From NCBI RefSeq assembly GCF_009914755.1, contig NC_060947.1: a DNA stretch of 64,000 nt; one strand, 5' to 3'. The DNA is from the human T2T-CHM13v2.0 reference genome, Homo sapiens. Shown piece after piece: positions 16,252 to 29,647 of this stretch. Position 1 is the first letter of the stretch; the number at the start of each line of letters is the position of its first letter. The notes beneath the pieces are model-generated. The model saw nothing but the letters and a program-made list of their open reading frames with translations. It was not told the origin of the DNA and searched no databases. Both the position numbers and the translations under genes were made by a program.

Positions 16252-17547
16252 CTGTCTTCTTCTTATAAGGTCACTAATCCCATCATTAGGGCTCCACCCT
16301 CATAACTTAATTACCTGCCAAAGACCACACCTCCTAATACCATCACATTGGGATTGGATTTCAACATATGGATTTTGGGAGGATGAAAACATTCAGTTCA
16401 TTGCATTCCAATCTGGCTTCCCAAAATTCTTGTCCTTTCTAATAGCAAAATAATTCATTCCATTCAAACCAACCCCCAAATTCTTAATTTTCAACTCCAA
16501 AGTCTCATCTAAATGTCATCTAAATCAGATATGGATGAGATTCAAGGTACAATTCATCCTTAGGCAAAATTCTTCTCTATTTATAAACTTGTGAAACCAA
16601 GCAAGTCATGTCTTTCCAAAATACAGTGGTGAGATGGCCATATGATAGACATTCCCTTCCAAAATGAAGAAATAGGAAAGAAAGAAGGGGTGACCAGTTG
16701 CAAGCAAGTCTGAAACCTAGCAAGGCAAATTCCATGAGATCTTAAGGCTTGAGAATAATCCTTTTTGGCTTAATGCTCTGCCCTCTAGACCCATTGAGAT
16801 GGAGGTCTCGTCTCCTGAACATGCTGGGGCAGAGGTCCCAACTTCTGGACCCACTGGGGTGGCCATCTTGCCCCTGCAACTCTGCTGGGCAGGGGTCAGG
16901 CCCCTAAGGCTCTGGGTATCCCATACGTCATGGCTATGGGTGGAGATTGTTTGACCTTTTGAAACTCAGGCAGTGGCACTAATGATCTCTGAATCACCTT
17001 TAGGATCCTTCTTGCCTTGTCTTCAGGAATAAAGCACATTTTCAAGCAAATAACTCTGTGGTCCTGTCCAATACAATCTAAGAAGTCTGACAGCCTTCCT
17101 CCATTCCTTCCCATCTCCATTCCCTTCAGTTCAAACTGTCAGTTTTTTCTATTGGGGTAGCTGATTATGTTTGTGGTTGACATCCATGCTAATCTCCCTG
17201 TCAAAGATTCCTTGGTCAAACATACTTTCACATTTTGTTTTTTTTGCAATATGGACATACTGAGAAATTTCCAAATCTTTAAGTTCTAGTTCCTTTTTGC
17301 ATAATTCCATCTTGAAGTCATTTCTCTCCTCTTGAATTTTACTATAAGCAGTGAGAAGGAACCAAACTGCTCATTCAACAGTTTGTGTAGAAATGTGCTC
17401 AGCTAAATAAATATCCAATTTCATCACAAGTTCCACCTTCCACAAAACACCAAAACATGAACATGACTCAGCTAAGTTCTTTGCAACTTCATAAAAAGGA
17501 TCATCTTTTCTTCATTGTCTAGTAACATGTTCCTCATTTCCATCTGA

Positions 17548-18079
<532 letters not shown>

Positions 18080-18211
18080 TAGTTCCAAAGCCACTTCCAC
18101 ATTTTAGGTATTTATTGTATCAGAACCCACCTCTTAGTACCAATTTCTGTCTTAGTTCAGGCTGCTGTAACAAAGGACCATAGATGGAGTGGCCTTAAAA
18201 AACAAACACAC

Positions 18212-18542
<331 letters not shown>

Positions 18543-19355
18543 TTAGACTTCCAGCCTCCAGGACTATTTTTCACAGTCTTGGAGGCTGGACGTCTAAGAT
18601 CACGATGCCAGCGTGGTTGGATCCTGGTGAAGCCTTCTTCCAGGTTGCAGAAAGCCAATTTCCCATTGTATCCTCACATGGGGGAAAGAGAACTAGCTAT
18701 CTCTCTAGCCTCTTCTCATAAAGGCATTAATCACATCACGAGGACTCTACCCTCCCAAAATTACCTCCCAAAGGCACCACCTCCTAATATCATCACATTG
18801 GGATTAGAGTTTCAACATATGAATCTTGGGAGGACACAATATTTCATCCATGGCACTGGAGCAAACCTGAACTGCCCATCCAATATCCAACCCTAAAACC
18901 TCATGGCTTGCCTGCCTCCACAGTCTTTTTCCTTTTCAATAGCCTATCCATCACCTGGTCCTGGCGAACCCACCTCAGAAATGTTTCCCAGATAGGTCCA
19001 GACCTAAAGAGCCAACTCTTTCTCTCATCACCTTCATCTACCTTATGGTTTCTTTGTGTTTTCTCATCCTTATGCCTTTGGCCTCTGCCTTTAGTAAAAT
19101 GTCTGCCTCTAATCCTATGTTTGCTTCTTATTCATCTTCTCAAATGCAGCTGAATTGTCCCCTCCTCTTGGAAGCCTCACCTGACTCTCTAAGACATAGG
19201 CATGCTTTACTTCCTCTGTACTTTCAAAGCTATTTGCCATACCCTTTCCAAAATGCACCATAGTGTACCAAAATATTTCAAATTTACCTGTTAAGGCTAA
19301 GTCATTGTTATCTATATATTGCCAGCACCTGACATAAGGCTGGTGTACTCAAGTA

Positions 19356-19768
19356 CAGTCAACCTTCCTTATCTGTGAGTTCCATATCTGCAGATTCAAC
19401 CAGCCACACATAAAACATATTCAGAAAAAACAATAAAAAACTGTGTAACAATAAAAAATACAAATAAAAATATGTCAAGAACCCCATAAATATATACAAC
19501 TACTATGTACAGATAAAAATTTAACAAAAAGAAAACCAAAACTTTAAGAAAACCAATACAGCATAACAACTATGTCCATAGCATTTACATTGTATAAGGT
19601 ATTTTAAGTAATCTAAAGCTGACTTAAAGTATGCCAGAGGATATGTGTAGGTCATATGTAAATACCACACCATCTTATATAGGGCACTATGGCATCCTCA
19701 GATTTTGGTATCCACATTGTGGAGGGGGGTTCTAGAACCAATCCTTCATAAGTACCAACTGATGGCTG
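19356..19768. mobile_element. MER2-type TcMar-Tigger non-autonomous DNA transposon with a short L1M 3' tail inserted (~19473-19535)
   Basis: TA|cagtc...ggctg|TA termini; internal catagcatttacattgtat...gattttggtatcc...gaaccaatcc. Confidence 0.85.
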
Positions 19769-20639
19769 TAGTTAGTCACTGTCTGTTGAATAAACGAACA
19801 CAACAATGGATCCTCAAAACCTGGATTTGCCTATTCATGAAACCAAAAAGTTGTGCTTCCTTTACCTAATCTCTAGAATGATAGCTAGGCCCACCTTTTT
19901 ATGTCAAACTGTTAATTGGCCGTTTTATTTGGAAAGTTCTTTCTTCTACCATTGGTTGTGCTGTTGCATTTGAACTGATCACAGAAGACTTAGCTACTGC
20001 TTTGTATGAAACTGCAATCAAAGGAAGAAGTAATAACTCCTAGATTGTTGTCCTGGAAGGCTCTCTCAGTGGCCTGAATGGTAGTATCTTAATGTCTGTA
20101 CCAACACTTTAATTTCTGTACAAAGCAAGATATTTATGTACATTCAAGCTGGTTTTGTCACCCTAATGAACATCATTGGAAAAACTCCAGGAGCATTCAG
20201 CTAGAAAAGTAAATGCAATTTTAAAAGGTTCATTTGTTAGTCATCAACATTTCTCAACTTACCCCCAGGATATATTTAAAATCTACGAATTTTGACAGAA
20301 AAGACATTAGCTTTGATCTGTGGTCTTGATATCAAAATTTTAACCATAGTTAAAATGTTTGCCCATTAATATTTAATTCACCTCCAGCTTCTTCATTCCC
20401 TTCTAAATTCCTAAAATTTATGCAATTTTACCCAAGAGCAAAGATGACTTAACTGTATTCAAAGAAAATAATTTTAGTGGCCAAAAAGCTGAGTAGTGTT
20501 GCTAGCTTCTCACAATAATACTATCTTTCTCCCTTACGATCAATCTGCTCTATAGGAGGACTGAGATACATATCTGCATTGCTCCATCATGCATGGCAGA
20601 ATGTCTAGCATAGACTAGGTACTCTGTAAGTTGTAGCTG

Positions 20640-20990
20640 ACATCAACAACAATAACAACGATAAATTTAATAAACATGAATTGACACCAACTATATTTTC
20701 TGTACTTTTTAAAATTAAATCTTGACATCTCTTCAAGTTATTACGCCTATTCTTCAGATTAGGAAACTAAGGTTTAGAGAGTTTCAATGTCTTGCCCCAA
20801 ATTGCATGGCTAGATAGTGGGTGGCAGAGCCAGGAAATAAACCCATGTCTCCTTGTCTCCAAAGCCTAGATATTTTTTTCTCCCTAGAGCATGTGACCAA
20901 AGTGATCTCATTTCTATTTTGCAGGTGAGCATTCTGAGTCCTAGAGAGGTTAAAATAACTTATCCAAGGCCATATCACCAAGAATTATTG
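20640..20990 (-). mobile_element. Two MIR fragments
   Basis: ggaaactaaggtttagagag...cttgcccc and gagaggttaaaataacttatccaagg cores. Confidence 0.6.
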
Positions 20991-21273
20991 GAGTAGCTTT
21001 TAACCAACTTCTGTCATATTCCTAAATTTATACTCTTTCTCTTATACTACTTTGTTTCAGTGAACAAATGGACCTAGGATGGCCTGAGACTGATCCCACA
21101 GGCTGTTAAGAGAATCTGGAGACTGATGGGGCATGATGAGTGAGGAGTGATATTTTAAAAAGTAGGAATGGAAGGCAGCCATAATTCTCTCTTCATATTC
21201 CTAGTGGTCCAATTTGGCCCTGTACATCCTGGTTTCCTGTATTTCAGAGCACAGTTGGGGATGTCAAGTCCCC

Positions 21274-21751
21274 TGTAGTGGGTTGAGTTATATTCCCCCA
21301 GAATACATGTCCCTGCCCTAACTCCTGTAACCTGTGAATGTTACCATGTTTGGAAAAGGGGTCTTTGTAGATGTAATTAAGAACTTTGAGATAAGATTAT
21401 ATTGGATTATCTGATAGGCTCTAAATTCAAAAACAGCAGTTTCTTTATAAAAGGAAGGCATAGGAATACTTAAGACAGAAGAGGAGAAGACACATAAGAA
21501 GAGGAAGTGATGCGAAGACAGGTAGAGACTGAAGTGCTACAGCCACAAGCCAAGGAACACCAATGCCTGGGGCCACTATAAGCTACAAGAAGCTTGAAAC
21601 GAATTCTCCTCTAGACCTTCTAGAGAGAGTGCCCTGGTGAAAACTTGATTTTAAATTTCTTGCCTCCAGAAACTCAAGAGAATAAAACTCTATTAATTTA
21701 AGCCACCAGATTTGTGGTAATTTGTTACGGCAACCACAGGAAACTACTACG
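21274..21751 (+). mobile_element. MLT1C/D-type MaLR solo LTR
   Basis: tgtagtgggttga...cctgtgaatgttacc...gccacaagccaaggaa...tttgtggtaatttgttacggcaaccacaggaaact. Confidence 0.85.
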
Positions 21752-22139
21752 TGCTCTGAGCATGGTTTAAGGTACCTTCATTTCTAGATACACAAGAGGA
21801 TAGTTCCATTTACCTCTAGGGCTGAGTACTTTAATTCTTACAAATCCCCAGCTACAGATTCCAGGATGGTCAGCATTCAGGGTGCAGGCCAAACTTCTTG
21901 GACTGCAAGGCATAGGGAATCAATGGGTGGCAGTCAGGACCTAGTAAATGCCCTGTGATTGGAAACATCTCCTGGTCTAATATGTGTGTCAGTAAATTCT
22001 TGATAATTCTGAATGTAAAAATTCTAACAGAGGAGGAATTAATACCGTACAACATGTATTAACCTATACGTGTGAGGGCTTCAGCTAGGCTTCAATTAGG
22101 TCAATTTGCCCTGCCTTTAAACTTCATCTGAAGATTCAT

Positions 22140-22372
22140 GATGTAGTGAAGTCCACATGGGCTTTGGCCTAAAAACCTGGGTTAGAATTCTGGTCCTGTC
22201 CAAGGTCACAGTTATTTTGAGCTAACATGACTAGAAGCTTCTCAGTTTCCTTGTATGTAAAATTGGGATAGTGACAATAACTAACTCATTGAGATGCTGT
22301 CAGGATTAAATTCAATATTGCAATTTTACATGCAATATCATTGACACAAAATAAGTGCTCACTAAATGGTAG
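22140..22372 (+). mobile_element. MIR SINE
   Basis: ctcagtttccttgtatgtaaaattgggata...ggattaaat...taagtgctcactaaatggtag. Confidence 0.7.
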
Positions 22373-24727
22373 TTGCTGCTCCATTCAGTAATGAGACCTC
22401 AGGCTGCAGCTCTAACATTGCCATCCTCTCCTCCAGGTGGTTTGGGAGCAAGGGGCAGGGACTGTACTCCCATGCCCAATGCTCTAATTTAAGTGGAAGA
22501 TGGCTCAGAACAACAGCCTCCCCTCCATCCTGGAACAAATTCTCAAAGTGGGGGAAATGGTGAAATCCAGTATATTTTATAACTCTGAAAATAGGTGATG
22601 GCTTCTCACCTTATCTGGTAATTGTTTCTCAGATCTTACGATAAAATTGTTTGGGTGAGTAATGCGATTGTCCCCAGCCAGTATTTTTTGCAACTCAGGA
22701 TAAAATGTAGTCACATTTATGAAATGAATGATTCATAAGGATTAAATTTTTTTAATGAAGTCAGCAAAACTATACAAGTTGCCATCACAGCTAATAGGCT
22801 ATACTCTAGAATGTCATGATGTTCAGTGAAGGCATGCACTTGAGTAGCTATGAAGATTGGATGATCCTAGTGACATGAGTACTTTCTATGAAGTCACACT
22901 TCATTTACATTGTGACATTTACATTGCGACATCATATGATTCAGCTCATCTGTTTCACTCAGTTAACAGGCCTTACCTCCAGTCTGATCTCTCATGTCCT
23001 TTTAGAGGTATTACAAGGAAGATCTGCCAACCTAATGGGTGGTCTTTTTAAAATTCTGACAAGTGAGAAAATACCTGTAACTTCTTATTTAGTCGCGGAG
23101 AACATCAAAGGTAAGGAAACTGACCTATCGTCCCAAAGGTAATAATTTGTTTTGAACTATTCTCTAGGGAAAGGAGAGGTCAGGATGCAGTGAGCAAAAT
23201 TCGGTGTGCTTTTAACAGTCTCTATCACTGTTACCAAGTCACAGGTTAACTCCCTCTTCAGAATGTCAGTCATTTAAGAGAGAAAAAAACAGAATCATAA
23301 ATAACTCTAGCCAGAAATAGTACAATGCCTGTGTTTGTCCTTAACTGAAGAGGTATTTTGACATTTTGTGCTGTGCCTGACATCTTATAGTTTCTCCATG
23401 AAAGTATGCAAGAAGTTAAACTCAGACAATCCAAGTGAGGTTTTATTCATTCTGTTGGGAGTTCTCTTTATAACTACGAACTCAGAGTATAGGAGGGGTC
23501 AAGTTATTCGCTCAAGAAGCTAAACTGTAGGTGGAATGGAGCCAAATTAATTAACTCCTACATAGGTTTAAGTTATTCATAAACCTGAGAAATAAGCACA
23601 GCCTGGATTCCCAAGTGCCTCTAGCTAACACTCTTAACTCTTTATTGACCAGCTAAAAATATCCTGAGTCTAGCTTCTATAGAGGAGAAATTTTAGTTTA
23701 ACCAGGTCAGTTCTACTAGCCTTACTCATTCTTCACACTATATAATTTGGCAAAAAGTCCTACAATAAACACAATGACACAAAACAGTGCTAAAATACAC
23801 AATTATTTTAGGATACTTTGTACTATAAGTTATTCCTGTAAGTGACAGAGTTACTCTGAATCATCAAGATCAATCCAAATTGAATGGCTGTCATGGTTGA
23901 TTGGCAGATAACACATAGATAGCAGGTCTGGGACAGGTGAGTTCAGGAACACACAGCCTATGTTGGAAAGACAATGGTGTTGAAAATGGTTCTTTTCATA
24001 GACCACATGGCCAACATAGATGTTTCATTCCAGTCAAGTTCATGCTAAAAGAAATGTAGGACTGGACTGGCCCATAAGTAATAAATATAATTACATAAAT
24101 ATAATTTATTGTCCAAATCAGGATACTTTTGAAGATATAATGAAGAACTATGAAAAATTATACTAAGACCCAGCTATAAAGCAGGGAGCAGGCACTGCTA
24201 ATATTATACCTCAGTGGCAACAGAGAGCTAATACCTTGCATGATGCCTGGCTTACAGTAAAGTCCAACAAAAGTTTATTAAAGGAATAAATTAAAGTTGA
24301 ATCACTTTACTTCTCCAGTGTCCTTCAAGCACTGATCACTGAGGTTGGTGAAGTGAACCATTATTAAAGACTTGGTGGTGGCAGTATTGATGTTATAATA
24401 AAGGGAGAGAATGATGTTCTAACCATCAAATCCAATGACTTTGTTTCAGATGACACATTCTTCTTGAATTTTTTTTAGTAAGTTTTGTGTCTTTCTTTTT
24501 TTTTTAATTTTACTTTAAGTTCTGGGATACATGTGCTGAACATGCAGGTTTGTTACATGGGTATACATGTGCCATGGTGGTTTGCTGCACCTATCAATCC
24601 GTCATCTAGGTTTTAAGCCCCACATGCATTAGGTATTTGTCCCAAGGCTCTCCCTCCCCTTGTCCCCCACCCGCCGATAGGCCCGGTGTGTGATCTTCCC
24701 CTCCATGTGTCCATGTGTTCTTATTGT

Positions 24728-27700
24728 TCAACTCCCACTTATGAGTGAGAACATGAGGTATTTGGTTTTCCATTCCTGTGTTAGTTTGCTGAGAATGATG
24801 GTTTCCAGCTTCATCCATGTCCCTGCAAAGCACATGAACTCATTCTTTTTTTATGGCTTCATAGTATTCCATAGTGTGTATGTGCCACATTTTCTTTATC
24901 CAGTCTATCATTGATGGGCATTTGGGTTGGTTCCAAGTCTTTGCTATTGTAAATAGTTCCGTGATAAACATACGTGTGCATGTGTCTTTATAGTAGAATG
25001 ATTTGTAATCCTTTGGGTATATACCCAGTAATGGGATTTCTGGGTCAAATGGTATTTCTGGTTCTAGATCCTTGAGGAGTGGCCACACTGTCTTCCACAA
25101 TGGCTGAACTAATTTACACTCCCACCAACAGTGTATTTCTCTGCATCCTCGCCAGGATCTGTTGTTTCCTGACTTTTTAATGATCGTCATTCTAACTAGC
25201 ATGAGATGGTATCTCATTGTGGTTTTGGTTTGCATTTCTCTAATGACCAGTGATGATGAGTTTTTTTCATATGTTTGTTGGCCGCATAAATGTCTTCTTT
25301 TGAGAATTGTCTGTTCATTTACGTTGCCCCCTTTATGATGGGGTTGTTTTTTTCTTGTAAATTTGTTTAAGTTCCTTGTAGATTCTGGATATTAGACCTT
25401 TGCCAGATGGATAGATTTCAAAAATGTTCTCCCATTCTGTAGGTTGCCTGTTCACTCTGATGATAGTTTATTTTGCTGTGCAGAAGCTATTAAGTTGAAT
25501 TAGGTCCCATCTGTCAATTTTGGCTTTTGTTGCAATTGCTTTTGATGTTTTAGTCATGAAGTCTTTGCCCATGCCTGTGTCCTGAATGGTATTGCCTAGG
25601 TTTTCTGCTAGGGTTTTTATGGTATTACGTTTTATGTTTATGTCTTTAATCCATCTTGAGCCAATTTTTGTATAAGGTGTAAGAAAGGAATCCACTTTCT
25701 GTTTTCTGGATACGGCTAGCCAGTTTTCCCAACGCCATTTATTAAATAGGGAATCCTTTCCCTATTGCTTTTTTTTGGGTAAAGTTTACTGAAGACCAGA
25801 TGATTGTAGATGTGTGCTGTTATTTCTCAAGCCTCTGTTCTGTTCCATTGGACTATATATCTATTTTGGTATCAGTACCATGCTGATTTGGTTACTGTAG
25901 CCTTGTAGTATAGTTTGAAGTCATGTAGCATCATGGCTCCAGCTTTGTTCTTTCTGCTTAGGATTGTCTTGACTATACGGGTTCTTTTTTGGTTCCATAT
26001 GAAACTAAAGGTAGTTTTTTTTTTCTACTTCTGTGAAGAAAGTCAATGGTAGCTTAATGGAATAGCACTGAATCTATAAATTACTTTGGCCAGTGTGGCC
26101 ATTTTCACGATATTGACTCTTCCTATCCATGAGCATGGATTTTTTTTTCCATTTGTTTCTGTCCTCTCTTATTTCCTTGAGCAGTGGTTTGTTATTCTCT
26201 TTGAAGAGGTCCTTCATGTACCTTGTAAGTTTTATTCCTAGGTATTTTATTCTCTTTGTAACAATTGTGAATGGGAGTTCATTCATGATTTGGCTCTCTA
26301 CTTGTCTATTATTGGTGTATAGGAATGCTTGTGATTTTTGCACATTGATTTTGTAACCTGAGACTTTGCTGAAGTTGTTTATCAGCTTAAGGAGTTCTTG
26401 GGCTGAGATGATGAGGTTTTCTAAAGATACAATCACGTCGTCTGCAAATAGAGACAATTTGACTTCCTGTGTTCCAATTTGAGTACACTTTATTTCTTTT
26501 TCTTGCCTGATTGCCCTGAACAGAACTTCCAATACTATGTTGAATAGGAGTGGTGGGAGAGGGCATCCTTTTGTTGTTCCAGTTTTCAAAGGAATGCTTC
26601 CAGCCTTTGTCCATTTAGTATGATATTGGCTAGGGGTTTGTCATAAATAGCCCTTATTATTTTGAGATATGTTCCATAAATACCCAGTTTTTTTAGAGTT
26701 TTAGCATGAAGGGGTGCTGTATTTTATCAAAGGCCTTTTCTGCATCTATTGAGATAAACCATGAGGTTTTTGTCATTGGATCTGTTTATGTGATGGATTA
26801 CATTGATTGATTTGCATATGTTGAACCTGCCTCGCATCCCAGGGATGAAGTTGACTTCATCGTGGTGGATAAGCTTTTTGATGTGTTGCTGGATTCGGTT
26901 TACCAGTATTTGATTGAGGAATTTCACATCGATGTTCATCAGGGATATTGGCCTGATTTTTTTTTCTTTTTCTGTTGTGTCTCTGCCAGGTTTTGGTATC
27001 AGGAGGATGCTGGCCTCATAAAATGAGTTCGGGAGGAGTCCCTCTTTTTTTATTGATTGGAATAGTTTCAGAAGGAATGGTACCAGCTCCTCTTTGTACC
27101 TCTGGTAAAATTCGTCTCTGAATCTGTCTTAACCTTTGCTTTTTTTGGTTGCTAGGCTAATAATTACTTCCTCAATTTCAGAACTTGTTATTGGTCTATT
27201 CAGGGATTCGACTTCTCCCTGGTTTAGTCTTGGGAGGGTGTATGTGTCCAGTAATTTATCCATTTCTTCTAGATTTTCTAGTTTATTTGTGTAGAGTTGT
27301 TTATAGTATTCTCTGATGGCAGTTTGTATTTCTGTGGGGTCAGTTGTGATATCCTCTTTATAATTTTTTTGTGTTTATTTGATTCTTCTCTCTGTTCTTT
27401 ATTAGTCTGGCTAGCGGTCCATCTATTTTGTTATTCTTTTCAAAAAACCACCTCCTGGATTCATTGATTTTTGAAGGGTTTTTTGTGTCTCTATCTCCTT
27501 CAGTTCTGCTCTGATCTTAGTTATTTCTTGTCTTCTGCTAGCTTTTAAATTTGTTTGCTCTTGCTTCTCTAGTTCTTTTAATTGTGATCTTAGGGTGTCG
27601 ATTTTAGATCTTTCCCACTTTCTGATGTGGGCATTTGGTGCTATAAATTTCCCTCTTAACACTGCTTTAGCTGTGTCCCAGAGATTCTGGAAGATTGTCT

Positions 27701-28554
27701 CTTTGTTCTCTTTGGTTTCAAAGAAGTTATTCATTTCTGCCTTCATTTCGTTATTTACCCAGTAGTCATTCAGGAGCAGGTTGTTCAGTTTCCATGTAGT
27801 TGTGCAGTTTTGAGTGAGTTTCTTAATCCTGAGTTCTAATTTGATTGCACTGTGGTCTGAGAGACTGTTTGTTATGATTTCCATTCTTTTGCATTTGCTG
27901 AACCGTGTTTTATTTCCAATTATGTGGTCAATTTTAGAGTAAGTGTTATGTGGTGCTGAGAAGAATGTATATTTTGTTGATCTGGGGTGGAGAGTTCTGT
28001 TGATGTCTATTAGGTCAGCTTGGTCCAGAGCTGAGTTCAAGTCCTGAATATCCTTTTTAATGTTCTGTCTCATTGATCTGTCTAATATTGACAATGGGGT
28101 GCTAAAGTCTCCCACTAATATTGTGTGGGAGTCTAAGTCTCTGTAGGTCTCTAAGAACTTGTTTTATGAAAGTGGGTGTGTATATATGCATATATATGCA
28201 CCTATATTGGGTGCATATATATTTAGGATAGTTAGCTCTTCTTGTTGCATTGATCCCTTTACCATTATGTAATGGCCTTCTTTGTCTTTTTTTATCTTTG
28301 TTGGTTTAAATTTGTTTTATCAGAGACTAGGATTGCAACCCCTGCTTTTATTTGCTTTCCATTTGCTTGGTAATTATTCCTCCATCCCTTTATTTTGAGC
28401 CTGTTTCTTTGTACATGAGATGGGTCTCCTGAATACAGCACACTGATGGGTATTGACTCTTTATCCAATTTGCGAGTCTGTGTCTGTTAATTGGGGCATT
28501 TAGCCCATTTACATTTAAGATTAATATTGTTATGTGTGAATTTGATCCTGTCAT
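24728..28554 (-). pseudogene. L1 ORF2p, fragmented
   Basis: Fragments with [23 protein letters not shown] and TMEYY motifs in several frames. Confidence 0.9.
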
Positions 28555-28617
28555 CATGATGCTTGCTGGTTATTTTGCACATTAGTTGATGCAGTTTCTT
28601 CATATTGTCATTGATCT

Positions 28618-29647
28618 TTATATTTTGATATGTTTTTGCAGTGGCTGGTACCAGTTTTTCCTTTCCATATTTAGTGCTTCCTTCAGGAGCTCCTGTAAGG
28701 CAAGCCTGGCGGTGACAAAATCCCTCAGCATTTGCTTGTCTGTAAAGGATTTTATTTCTGCTTCGCTTATGAAGCCTAGATTGGGTGGATATGAAAGTCT
28801 GGGTTGAAAAGTCTTTTCTTTAACAATGTTGAATATTGGACCCCACTCTCTTCTGGCTTGTAGGGTTTCTGCACAGAGATCCGCTGTTAGTCTGATGGGC
28901 TCCTCTTTGTAAGTAACCTGACCTTTCTCTCTGGCTGCCCTTAACATGTTTTCCTTTGCTTTGACCTTGGAGAAACGGACGATTATGTGTCTTGGGGTTG
29001 CTCTTCTCGAGGAGTATCTTTGTGGTGTTCTCTGTATTTCCTGAATTTGAATGATGGCCTGTCTTGCTATGTTGGGGAAGTTCTCCTGGATAATATCCTG
29101 AAGTGTGTTTTCCAACTTGATTCCATTCTCCCCGTCACTTTCAGGTACACCAATCAATCGTACGTTTGGTCTTTTCACTTTTTCACTTAGTCCCATATTG
29201 CTTGGAGGCTTTGTTTGCTCCTTTTCATTCTTTTTTGTCTAATCTTATCCTCATGCTTTATTTCAGTAAGCTGATCTTCAAACTCTGATATCCTTTCTTC
29301 CACTTGATCAATTCAGCAACTGATACTTGTGTATGCATCACAAAGTTCTTGCTCTGTTTTTCAGCTCCATCAGGTCATTTTTGTTCTTCTCTAAACTGGC
29401 TATTCTAGTTAGCAGTTCCTGTAACCTTTTATCAAGGTTCTTAGCTTCCTTGCATTGGCAGAACATGCTCCCTTAGCTCAGAGGAGTTTGTTATTACCCA
29501 TCTTCTGAAGCCTACTTTTGTCAATTTCTCAAACTCATTCTCTGTCCAATTTTGTGCCCTTGCTGAAGAGGAGTTACAATCATTTGGAGGAGAAGAGGCA
29601 TTCTGGTTTTTGAAATTTTCAGCATTTTTGTGCTGGTTTTTCCTCAT
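28618..29647 (-). pseudogene. L1 ORF1p, fragmented
   Basis: Track ORFs 29441..29647 (MRKNQHKNAEN...) and 28618..29196 (...NMERKNWYQPLQKH). Confidence 0.88.
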
